Part shown: in pieces, positions 9,091 to 18,458 of the stretch
Numbering within the stretch: the stretch's first letter is position 1
Layout of the letters: the number at the start of each line of letters is the position of its first letter
Origin: an uncultured bacterium
GTDB taxonomy: Bacteria > Oederibacteriota > PGYV01 > CAWJRG01
DNA length: 64,000 bases
Assembly: GCA_963845185.1 (NCBI GenBank)
Contig: CAWJRG010000005.1
Span: forward strand, 32,001 to 96,000
Reading direction: 5' to 3'
Program-made: the position numbers and the translations under genes
Notes under the pieces: model-generated
The model's input: the letters and a program-made list of their open reading frames with translations, nothing else
Database searches by the model: none
Told to the model about the DNA's origin: nothing

Positions 9091-10704
9091 GAGTCTGTCT
9101 CAAAACTCTTTTAAACGCCTTGCATTGCCTACACTTATCGCGTTTTTTAGCCCCTATCTTTATTATTTCTCTTCTTTTCGATTTGTGGTTCTTTTCTTGT
9201 CAGGTTGCGAACCTTAATTTAACCTTACCTTCCCTCCACAAGGCATACATTGTCTTTATGTTATGGGCGGCGCATATAAAAGACCATTGTGTTTTTACGC
9301 TTTCGATTCCTCTAACATTAAATCTTGTAAAACCAAGTACGTTTTTTATACGTCCCAATAATGGCTCAACTATTGTTTTTCTCTTTCGAAGCTGTTCTTT
9401 TCAGTTATTGACCCTAGCTTCTTCTCTGTATATTGACACTATCTCCTCATACTCATGCTTATTTGCTTCTATTATCCTTCCGGATTTTACCTTGCTGCAT
9501 TCGTATTTATAAATACAATCCCTATGATCCCCGCATCGGTATATCATTGTCTCTTTTCCGTTTTTCTTCTTCCTTATACTGGTATATTCAAGCCTGCCAT
9601 TTTTAGGACATACATATTCGTTTTTTTCTTTGTCGTATTTAAAATGCGCTTTGCCATACGGCCTATCGCTGTCATCCTCCGGCAAGTTAACAATTATATT
9701 CCTTTTTTCTTCTTTGGCTTTTGCCAGTTCTTCCGGTGAATAATACCCTCCATCCGCAAGCGTTACTCCTGATTTTTGTCCGGTATTCGACTCTGCTTTT
9801 TCTATCATATCATTCAGCATGTGAGCATCCGATTCCTTGTTTGTCACATTCTCTGCCACAATTATCTGTTTCTTTGCGTCCACAACAACCTGTGAGTTAT
9901 ATGCCTGTTGCAGTCCTTTACCTCTTGTCATCATGAACCGGCTGTCTCTATCTGTGGGGTTTTCAGTTGTTTTTCCTTCACTTTTCATACGTTCTATATG
10001 TTCTCTTATTACCTGACGCAGTTTCTCCTTTTCCTGCAATTCTTTTGGCATTCCGCACTTACTTTTGCCCTCTTCATCGTCTTGTTCGTCATTTTTCTCA
10101 ATTTCCACCATTATTTTGTCTATTTCTCTGTCTAATTCTTGTATTTTTTTATTCATGTCTTTTATTGTTTTGGTCTTTTCCTTATTTACATCTGCCTGTA
10201 TTTTTGTGCCGTCCACGGCTTGAATTTCAAAACCAACCAAATTGTTGTTTGTTGCCACACGCACCGTCTCCTTCAGTAAAACCCTTATCTGCTCTTTATT
10301 TCCTTTAAAAAATCTCCATAGCGTATTATGGTCGGGATGATTATTCCCGGTTATCCATATCATCCCCATTGAATCGTAAGTCATTTTTTCAACTTTTCTG
10401 CTGCTCTTTTTTCCTTCCAGTATGCCGTACATCCATGCCCCAAGTAAAAGATCTACAAAATATCCCGGTCTTCCGGTTTCTTCTTCCATTTTAAAACCCA
10501 TCTCTTCAAGCGGTAATTCTTCTACGAATTCTACGACAAATCAAGCTAAATGATCTTTTGAAACCCAATCTTCTATTGCCGGTGGCAGTAGATACATTTG
10601 ATTTCTATCGGCTCTTATCGTTGGCATTTGGTTTCTCCTTCGCTAAATTTTGAAACCATTATACCATTTATGTCAAAGAATTAAGAGGCTTTTGAGACAG
10701 ACTC
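9091..10704 (-). mobile_element. IS1182-family element, copy 1 (1614 bp)
   Basis: 15-bp TIRs GAGTCTGTCTCAAAA/TTTTGAGACAGACTC; 4-bp TSD CTTG (9087-9090, 10705-10708); near-identical to 28881..30494. Confidence 0.95.
9200..10627 (-). pseudogene. IS1182 transposase with two nonsense mutations
   Basis: Relative to copy 2: CGA>TGA (10543) and TGG>TGA (9401). Confidence 0.9.
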
Positions 10705-10759
10705 CTTGCCCCTTCTCTACAAATACTTTTACCAAATTTATTTATAATTTATGGTTTTT

Positions 10760-12592
10760 CTATCTTAATGCTATAAACGGGACGATTCTTCTTATCGCTT
10801 CTTTGCCTTCTTTGTCCTCTGCCGTCAGGACGCAGTAATACATTCCGCCGGCAATGTTTCCCAGCTCCCCGGCGGATAAATTTATTGCATAATGTCCTGA
10901 TATATAAGCAATGGAATCAGCCGGCCATGTCTTGTCCAGAATCAGCCTGAAAGCAAAAGTGAAAACTCTCATTCTTACTGATTGCGGCGGGCGTGTTATG
11001 ACCATACACACGCTAAGCGTGTCTTTCACCGGCTTTATCGGATTTGGATAAACAAGGACATTGTTTATTGAAAATTCGCTGCCTATTGTTGCAGTCGGGG
11101 TTATGGTCGGCGAACATATGGGCGTAACAGTCAGCGTAGGTGTGATTGTCGGGCTGGGGATGTAAGGAGGAATAACAAGCAGTTCCATTTCGCTCGGCAA
11201 AAGATTCACTGTAAATGACACGCCAACGGCCTGGGCCTGCCCTGCAATTGAAGCCAGGCTCGCAGGCGCCGGGTTGACATTCCCGTTTATCTGGATATCA
11301 GGCGCTTCCTGCGGCGCGCCCGAGGCGCTGGTGCCTGACGGCAGCATCACCCATGCGCTGGCCGTATAAGCAGGGTTAAACCCGGACAATGTGATTGTGG
11401 CGGGATTGCTGTTATCCGGGTCGTTGTTTACAATGAAAATGGTAAGGTCCCCGGATGAGTCCATGGCAGCGTATGCCCTCACAATGGTTTCGCTGCTTGT
11501 GCATGAAACCATATTATTTCCGAACTTACCGGTAAGCATCGGGTACACGTAATAATTCGGATATGGTGCGTCTGTGCTGGTATTGATGAATCCGAAATCC
11601 GGGCAACAACCGTTTTTCGTTGCCCACAAATTTGTTCCTATCCAGCCGTTTTTAGCGCATTCCAAGATCCACTGTGAGCAGAACATCGCGTTTATATATT
11701 CGTTGACTAAAGCAGTGGGATCAACGTTGATGTTGAATTCATCCATATAATATTTCACCTGACCGACATATGTAGTGCCCAAATATGCAGACACCATGTT
11801 GTCCATGCTGATTTTTTGGATGCCGGGCAAAGCGAGATTGGCCAGGGAGGCGTCATCGACAGCCGTCCCGGTACCTGATGGGCCCGGATAGTTATGTATG
11901 ATAAGGAAATCCGGGACAACACCTGCGGCTGCCGCGGCAGTCAACACCTGCGGCGTCCAGCCGCTATAATTTGTCGCGTACGGGCATGCCACTGCCCCAA
12001 TCATGATTGTGGGATCCACAGCCTTCATGGCTGTATAGTAATCGGCAAATTTCTGGCCATAGTCCGTGCCGTTCGTGTATCCCTGTTCCCAATTGCCGTA
12101 ATCCTCGTTGCCTATATCCCAATATTTCGCTCGAACCGGAGCCGGCAGGGACAGGTTTGACGCCACCCATGATACAGCCAGGGCCACTGCCTGGCTATGG
12201 GTATACTGGGTGTTGCACCAGTAACCGCTGAAATTACAGATGGGATGCATGCTTCCGCCGAATTCCTGAAGAAAGGAAATGTATTCGGGCGTTGTGACTT
12301 CATAACTTGCCTTGCACTGGATATTGCTCCAGTCCAACTGGTCGGCCCATGCCCCTCCGGGCCAGCGTATGTTGCGGCTGCCTGAAACCTGCATGGCAGC
12401 CACATAAGCCGCGTCCGAGCCGCTGTTGGTATTGACCCATGGCGCCATATTGTTTCCGTAGATTTCCGGAGGAATCTTAAGCAGGATTGCGGAAGCGTCC
12501 ACTGTAATGCTGATTTGGCCGTATAAAGCGGAAAAGCCGGCCAAAAAAAGCATTATTGTAAAGCTCAAAAGCGCGATTTCTAATTTTTTCAT
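10760..12592 (-). CDS. Secreted clan GH-A glycoside hydrolase (GH51/GH44-like) with TPT linker and C-terminal CTD-like domain
   Basis: Signal peptide; RWPGG, WDIGNEDYG and MDEFN motifs; C-terminal VYPNP...GMYY. Confidence 0.75.
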   Translation of the reverse strand: MKKLEIALLSFTIMLFLAGFSALYGQISITVDASAILLKIPPEIYGNNMAPWVNTNSGSDAAYVAAMQVSGSRNIRWPGGAWADQLDWSNIQCKASYEVTTPEYISFLQEFGGSMHPICNFSGYWCNTQYTHSQAVALAVSWVASNLSLPAPVRAKYWDIGNEDYGNWEQGYTNGTDYGQKFADYYTAMKAVDPTIMIGAVACPYATNYSGWTPQVLTAAAAAGVVPDFLIIHNYPGPSGTGTAVDDASLANLALPGIQKISMDNMVSAYLGTTYVGQVKYYMDEFNINVDPTALVNEYINAMFCSQWILECAKNGWIGTNLWATKNGCCPDFGFINTSTDAPYPNYYVYPMLTGKFGNNMVSCTSSETIVRAYAAMDSSGDLTIFIVNNDPDNSNPATITLSGFNPAYTASAWVMLPSGTSASGAPQEAPDIQINGNVNPAPASLASIAGQAQAVGVSFTVNLLPSEMELLVIPPYIPSPTITPTLTVTPICSPTITPTATIGSEFSINNVLVYPNPIKPVKDTLSVCMVITRPPQSVRMRVFTFAFRLILDKTWPADSIAYISGHYAINLSAGELGNIAGGMYYCVLTAEDKEGKEAIRRIVPFIALR

Positions 12593-12687
12593 TTTTCACT
12601 CTCTTTCCAGGTTATTAATTTTTTAATCCAAAATCCCAAATTGGTTTCCATTGAAAATTGACAATTTTTAATTGATAATTGTTTTAA

Positions 12688-13717
12688 CTACTGCGCCCAC
12701 CACACGTCATTTAAACAGCCGTTGCTGCTGGACCCTGCTATCACCCACATTAGATTGTTATATACCACGCTGGTATGGTTACTCCTTGCGTTGAAAGCCG
12801 CTGCCGTTGTTGCTTCTGTCCAGCTTGCGCCGTCGCTTGAATACCAGACATCATTTAAATTAATACTGCCATTATACCCACCTATCACCCACATTTCATT
12901 GTTATATACCACGCTGGTATACCATCCCCTTGCGCTGAAAGCCGCTGCTGTAGTAGCTTGTGCCCAGTTTGCGCCGTCGCTTGAATGCCACACGTCATTT
13001 AAATAGCTGCTATTCTGCCCGCCTATCACCCACATTTCATTGTTATATACCACGCTGGTATGGCCCTGCCTTATGCTGAAAGCCGCTGCTGTCAGTGGCT
13101 GTGCCCAGTTTGCGCCGTCGCTTGAATACCATACATCATTTACATTGTACCATCCGCTGCTTGAATTGTAGCTTTCCCCGCCTATCACCCACATTTGATT
13201 GTTATATACAACGCTTGTATGGCTGTCTCTCACGCCAAAAGCAGCTGCTGTTGTGGTGCATCCCCAGTTTATCCCGTCGCTTGAATACCATACATCATTT
13301 AAAATCGCTGCTGTTACTCCACCCGCCTATCACCCACATTTCATTGTTATATACAATGCTGGTATGCCACGCCCTTGCGCTGAAAGCCGTGCCGGTTGTC
13401 GCTTTATCCAGTTTGCGCCATTGTTTGAATACCAGATGTCATTTAAACAGCCGGTGTTGTAATTATACCCGCCTATCACCCACATTTCATTTTTATATGC
13501 CACGCTGGTATGGGCCTGCCTCGGGAATAAAGCACTGCCTGTCTCATCATGCCATATACTTCCGGATAGAGGCGTGGGTGTAATCGTGGGTGTAACGGGT
13601 GTGTAAGGAGTGTTTGTCGGTGCCGGTGCCGCCGGGCTGCTTTTTCTTCGCGCATGCGGAAATAAAAAAAGCCGCCAATAATATAACTCCAAAAAATATT
13701 GCTGTTGATTTCTTCAT
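12688..13717 (-). pseudogene. Kelch-type beta-propeller lipoprotein, 3 frameshifts
   Basis: ATG 13717, MKKSTAIFFGVILLAAFFISAC lipobox; six repeats RxxHTSVVYNNxMWVIGG...LNDVWYSSDGxxW; indels near 13645, 13405 and 13300. Confidence 0.75.
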
Positions 13718-13778
13718 TTATATGCCTCGGGTCTTAATTTTTAATTCTAAAACTGCTGCAATTTTTTAAAGTGTTATG

Positions 13779-13807
13779 ATTATATCTTCTTAAAAATGCA
13801 TTGTCAA
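13779..13807 (-). promoter_or_regulatory. Consensus sigma70 promoter of the kelch gene
   Basis: Perfect TTGACA-17 nt-TATAAT. Confidence 0.75.
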
Positions 13808-13839
13808 TAAAAAGGCAGGGCCATATAATTTATAAAATA

Positions 13840-14000
13840 GTGTGTAATTTTAATTTTTATTATTATCTAAAAAGAATTTTCCCTCTCCCTCGACGGGAGA
13901 GGGCGGGGTGAGGGTGAAAATTTTTATGGTTTCTCCGCACCCCTCACTCTGGCTCTCTCCCTCAAGGGGAGAGAGGTTATTTGTTTTTGAAATTACACGC
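13840..14000. mobile_element. Putative MITE enclosing a CCCTC-REP doublet
   Basis: Imperfect 14-bp TIRs GTGTGTAATTTTAA/TTGAAATTACACGC flanked by AATA direct repeats. Confidence 0.45.
13881..13976. repeat. Inverted doublet of CCCTCACC...CTCTCCC-TCAA-GGGAGAGG REP/RIME-like repeats
   Basis: Two ~37-bp hairpin units in opposite orientation; same family at 27005, 44643, 46130 and 50836. Confidence 0.85.
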
Positions 14001-14019
14001 AATAGTGTACACTAAAGCA

Positions 14020-14036
14020 GGGCTCTATTAGAGCCC
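14020..14036 (-). terminator. Possible terminator hairpin after the hemerythrin gene
   Basis: GGGCTCTA-A-TAGAGCCC-type hairpin just after the stop; U tract is weak. Confidence 0.35.
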
Positions 14037-14039
14037 GGA

Positions 14040-14570
14040 TTATTTCAGGCCTTCTATTAGTTTTTTATATTTCTCATGAATCATTTGCCTGTCATGCTCA
14101 TAAAATTCCGCCAAGCATTTCATCAAGTTCTTTTTCGCTGAAATATCCCATTGCGAGCGGAAAAAATGTTTTGTCTTCCTTGCCAATATGCCTCGGGTAA
14201 AAATCAGCGATAATCCTGAGGTTCTCCATCACTTCCCGTAGTAGCGTTCCAGCCGCCTGTCCTTTGCCTTTCATTTGCAGCCATCAGGTTTACGATGGTT
14301 TTTCTGACATAAATATGGTCGTTTATCAGGGCCTCCATTTGTGCTGCATGTTCTTTTAAAAGGCTCTTTTGTTTGAGCGCCTTGAAAAGTATATGCTCTT
14401 CCTTTCCTTCATGCGTCCTTTCTGCGTAGGTCATGAAAAAATCAACGGCTAATCGATAAATGCCGTGGGAATCTTTTTGCCTTTTTCCGCTTTTTTACTT
14501 CCGAATTTATTACAGGCACTATCTGCTCAATAAGCCTGTGCTCGCTCAGCAGCATATCCAAAGGTTTCAT
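14040..14570 (-). pseudogene. Hemerythrin/HHE cation-binding protein, frameshifted
   Basis: MKPLDMLLSEHRLI..., HEGKEEHILF and HIGKEDKTFFP motifs distributed over several frames. Confidence 0.7.
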
Positions 14571-14648
14571 ATTGTGCCTCCATGTTATAAAATTCTTAAA
14601 TAAGTATATGTCACTCTTGATTTATTTTCAAGAAAGTAAATTTTATTT

Positions 14649-14676
14649 GTAGAGACACGCCATGGCGTGTCTCTAC
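14649..14676. repeat. Intact GTAG REP-like perfect palindrome (empty IS1182 target)
   Basis: GTAGAGACACGC-CATG-GCGTGTCTCTAC, identical to the reconstructed target of IS copy 2. Confidence 0.9.
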
Positions 14677-14682
14677 CTTGAA

Positions 14683-15636
14683 TTATTTCCCCGATTTTAT
14701 CTGCTTGAACCTGTCAAAAAGTACCGCGCCAAGAAGTATCAGCCCCCGCACCACATACTGGTAAAAAGACGGGATATTAAGCAGGTTCATTGCATTCTGC
14801 ACCGTGCCCATTATAAGCACTCCCACTATGACGCCCGTCATGGTGCCTATGCCGCCGGTCAGGGATATGCCGCCGAGCACGCAGGCAGAAATCGCCTCGA
14901 GCGCAAACCCCTGCGAGGTCATCGGCTGGCCGCTTGTCATGCGCGAGGCAAGTATTATTCCCGCAAAAGCCGATACAACGCCCTGTACGCAGAATATAGC
15001 TATTTTTATCCAGTCAACGTTTATGCCTGCCAGCCTTGCTGCTTCTTCATTGCCACCGATTGCCAGCGTATTGCGGCCGAAAGCCGTGTTATTAAGTACA
15101 AAACCGAATATTATGAAACATGCTATTGTTACCCATATCGGCACAGGCAGGCCGAGAAATGCTGCGTTTCCCAGCGCGTAAAAAGCTGCCTGCTTTATGC
15201 CTACGGCCTGGCCTCCTGCAATTATGTAACCAAGCCCGCGCACTATCTGCATGGTGGCAAGCGTGGTGATAAGCGCGTTTATTTTTAATTTCGCTATTAC
15301 CACGCCGTTGACAAATCCTATTAATGCGCCGGCTAAAATGCCGAAAAATATGCCGAGAAAAATACTGCCTGTAGAGTTCATGACAACCGCGGCAAGCACG
15401 CCGGCCGCTGCCACGACAGCTTCTACCGAAAGGTCAAAATGCCCCGAAGCCAGGCAGAAAAGCATGGTGCACGACACCATTCCCACCATGGAAACAGACA
15501 GGGCCAGGCCCTTCATGTTTATAAGCGTAAAAAAATTCGGGACAAAAACAGAAAGCAATATAAAAAGTATGAAAAATATGCCGAGCATGCCCGCATTTTC
15601 CCATAATGACTGCAGTTTATCTTTAATATTTACCAT
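14683..15636 (-). CDS. araH: L-arabinose ABC transporter permease
   Basis: CLASGHFDLSV, INALITTLATMQIVRGL, GGNEEAARLAG and SRMTSGQPMTSQG closely match AraH. Confidence 0.9.
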   Translation of the reverse strand: MVNIKDKLQSLWENAGMLGIFFILFILLSVFVPNFFTLINMKGLALSVSMVGMVSCTMLFCLASGHFDLSVEAVVAAAGVLAAVVMNSTGSIFLGIFFGILAGALIGFVNGVVIAKLKINALITTLATMQIVRGLGYIIAGGQAVGIKQAAFYALGNAAFLGLPVPIWVTIACFIIFGFVLNNTAFGRNTLAIGGNEEAARLAGINVDWIKIAIFCVQGVVSAFAGIILASRMTSGQPMTSQGFALEAISACVLGGISLTGGIGTMTGVIVGVLIMGTVQNAMNLLNIPSFYQYVVRGLILLGAVLFDRFKQIKSGK

Positions 15637-15748
15637 GTTATAGCCTTTCTTTATTGTTTTCTGCTTTTCACGCAGCACATCGCACGCCGCACTATTCCTG
15701 TTGTTCGCTTTTCACATAGCACACAGCACATACCACGCTGCACTGTCT

Positions 15749-17256
15749 TTAATGCCGTTTGCCTGCGGGCAAAGCCATCTGCATCACTTTTTCGCTGTCT
15801 GCCTGCTGCCTCAGCAGCCCGCCCTTTATCCTGCCCTCACACATCACCACAATCCTGTCACATACGCCGAGTATTTCGGGTAAATCGCTTGATACCATTA
15901 AAATGCCTATACCCTGCGACGCCAGCGTGTACATAAGTGAATATATCTCGCTTTTTGCGCCAACGTCAATGCCGCGCGTGGGCTCATCCAGCAGCAACAC
16001 CTTTATATTTTCGGAAAGCCATCTCGCGAGTATTGCCTTTTGCTGGTTGCCGCCTGATAAATTTTGTATAAGCTGCGACAAAGACGGGGTTTTTATTGCG
16101 AGCTTTTCAATCATGGCTGACGCGTTGCTTTTTTCCCAGCTGTCGTCCAGCATGATGCCTGCGATCATGTTATTTCTCCTTGCGCTTAAATTAATGTTCT
16201 CCAGCACTGACCGGCACGGGATAATGCCTTCTTTTTTCCTATCTTCAGGGCAGTACATCATGCCGTTTTTTATTGCGTCAATCGGCTTTTTTATGTCAAC
16301 CTGCTTTCCTGCAATCCGTATTGTTCCTGATTGCCGCGGAAGCGCGCCGTATATCAGTTTTAAAAGTTCTGTACGTCCTGCGCCTACGAGCCCGAATATC
16401 CCTACTATTTCGCCTGAAGCTGCTGTCAGCTCGCAAGGCGCCGATAACCCTGGGCCAGTCACATGCCTTTGCATCGAGCACCGGACCGCTGATTTTTCTC
16501 GGCGTATAGCCGTATATGTCTGATATGCTCCTGCCCACCATCTTTTCGATAATTTCCTCAGGCAGACACTCCTTTTAATGAGCCGTAGGTTATTACTTTC
16601 CGCCCGTCCCTCATCACGGTCAGCGAATCGCATATCCTGAAAACTTCGTCAAGGCGGTGCGTAACGTATATTATTATCCTGCCTTCTGCGGCCAGGCTCT
16701 TTATCATGGTAAAAAGTTTTTCTGCCTCGTTGGCCGTAAGGCTGCTCGTTGGCTCGTCAAAAGCTATTATTTTTGCGCCCCTTGTCAGCGCCTTTGCTAT
16801 CTCAAGCATCTGCCTCTGCGCTATGGAAAGGTATTTGACTTTCGCGTCAGGCCTGGCTTCCTCGCCTATCTTATCCATCTGCCCCAGCGTATCGCTTAAA
16901 AGTTTATTTTTATCCAGCATCCCGTATTTTTCGGGCAAATGGCCGAGGTACAGGTTCTCGCTGACAGTCATCTCAGGTATAAGGTGAAGCTCCTGGTGTA
17001 TTTTTGTTATGCCGGACAAAAAAGCGTCGGACGGCGAATTAAAAGCAACCGGTTTCCCGTTGATAAAAATCATGCCGCTGCTCTGGCCGAACACCCCGTT
17101 TAAAATATTCAGAAGCGTTGATTTTCCCGCGCCGTTTTCGCCTACTATTCCATGTATCGATCCTTCATTGACTTCAAGGGAGACATCGTCAAGCGCCTTT
17201 ACGCCAGGGAAAAACTTTGAAATTGATTCAAACCTGAGATAAGCTGTTGCTGCCAT
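15749..17256 (-). CDS. araG: L-arabinose ABC transporter ATP-binding protein (two frameshifts near 16560 and 16467)
   Basis: GENGAGKS Walker A, IAFDEPTSSL, LSGGNQQK and LDEPTRGIDVGAK; bridging frame EKMVGRSISDIYGY. Confidence 0.85.
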
Positions 17257-17320
17257 TTTTAATAATCCTTTAGTGTGTTACGAATAACAATAGAAATCAT
17301 GCTCCTTGCTCATAATTAGT

Positions 17321-17417
17321 TTGCCGCAGCGGTTTATGTAGAGTCCGGAGCGTTTGATTATAATTAATTTACAACAAATATCAGGCGATCCGATACCGGA
17401 ATAAATCGCTGCGGCAA
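17321..17417. repeat. Intercistronic inverted repeat after the binding-protein gene
   Basis: TTGCCGCAGCGGTTTAT...ATAAATCGCTGCGGCAA 17-bp arms; such stems often stabilise SBP mRNA. Confidence 0.6.
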
Positions 17418-17430
17418 CTGTTATTCAAAT

Positions 17431-18444
17431 CTATTTTATTCCCTGCTCTTTTAGTATCTCCATATAATTATCCCTTGTTATGAGTATTCCTGTTGTCCTT
17501 GTGTCTTTGGCCGGTTCCTTGCCTGTTGTTATCCATTCATACATCATAGCGGCGGTTTTATAGCCGTGCTCCCTTGCCGAAAGCAGCATTGACCCGTAAA
17601 ACCCCGTAACCTGTTTTTTTTCAAACTCAGTTACAGCTTCGGTCCCGTTTATACCGACCCCTATCGTGTTTTTTTCGTTGAACCCGTGGTTTTCCATTGC
17701 CCTTATCGCGCCAAGCACTGCGTTGTCGTTCATGCCGCATACAAGCCAGTTTTTTACTTCAGGATGCTGTGTTAAAAGCACGTTGACCGCGTCGAACGCG
17801 CCCGGTATATCCGATGTCTTTTGCGGAGCCTTGTATATTTTATTTTTCGGGAACCCCGAACTTACCAGTCCCTGTATAGCCCCGTCTGTCCTTTCGCGGG
17901 CAGTGTCGAGCTCCTCAAATGTCACTACGCAGACTGCGGTATCCGCAGCCTGCCAGTTTCTCTTTTTCATTTCGTCGAACAATGTTGTGCCGACATTCTC
18001 TCCTATTTTGCTTGCCGATATGCCAAGGTAAACAACGTCTTGCATTGGCTTGCCGTCCGGCCCCAGGAATCTGTCGTCAACCGCAATAAACTTCAGATTA
18101 TTTTTATTTGCTGCCGCGACAATTGCCGGCCCGAGCCTCACGTCCGGCGTACAAATAATAAATCCCTTTGCTCCGTTCGCCGCAAGGTTGTCTATCGCAG
18201 CAAGCACTTTTTCGCCGTCTGTTGCCCCTATTTTAATAACATCAAACCCCAGTTCCTTTCCTGCCTTGTCCGCGAACTTCCATTCATACTGGAACCAGGG
18301 CTCTTCAGGCTGTTTTACAATAAAGCCTATTTTTAATTTCTTTGACCCTGCGTTATTATTGCACGCAGTCATGGTAAAAATTACGCTCAGCCCGAATACA
18401 AACAAAATAAGTACTGCAACTCCGAACAATTTCCTTGATTTCAT
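17431..18444 (-). CDS. araF: L-arabinose ABC transporter substrate-binding lipoprotein
   Basis: GFIVKQPEEPWFQYEW, GAKGFIICTPD and GMNDNAVLG match AraF; MTAC lipobox. Confidence 0.9.
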   Translation of the reverse strand: MKSRKLFGVAVLILFVFGLSVIFTMTACNNNAGSKKLKIGFIVKQPEEPWFQYEWKFADKAGKELGFDVIKIGATDGEKVLAAIDNLAANGAKGFIICTPDVRLGPAIVAAANKNNLKFIAVDDRFLGPDGKPMQDVVYLGISASKIGENVGTTLFDEMKKRNWQAADTAVCVVTFEELDTARERTDGAIQGLVSSGFPKNKIYKAPQKTSDIPGAFDAVNVLLTQHPEVKNWLVCGMNDNAVLGAIRAMENHGFNEKNTIGVGINGTEAVTEFEKKQVTGFYGSMLLSAREHGYKTAAMMYEWITTGKEPAKDTRTTGILITRDNYMEILKEQGIK

Positions 18445-18458
18445 AATCACACCTCCGT

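Noticed and set aside
9399..10544. In-frame TGA codons in IS copy 1 as evidence of stop-codon recoding
   Set aside because: They correspond to Trp and Arg in copy 2, and TGA ends normal genes such as trpB, tmk and metG
12688..13520. Near-identical ~140-150-bp repeats as a CRISPR array or DGR template/variable pair
   Set aside because: They are coding kelch repeats with no unique spacers, no cas or reverse transcriptase gene and no adenine-specific variation
16460..16570. Programmed frameshifting in araG or other split genes
   Set aside because: Multiple scattered indels per gene with no consistent slippery motif; error or decay is simpler
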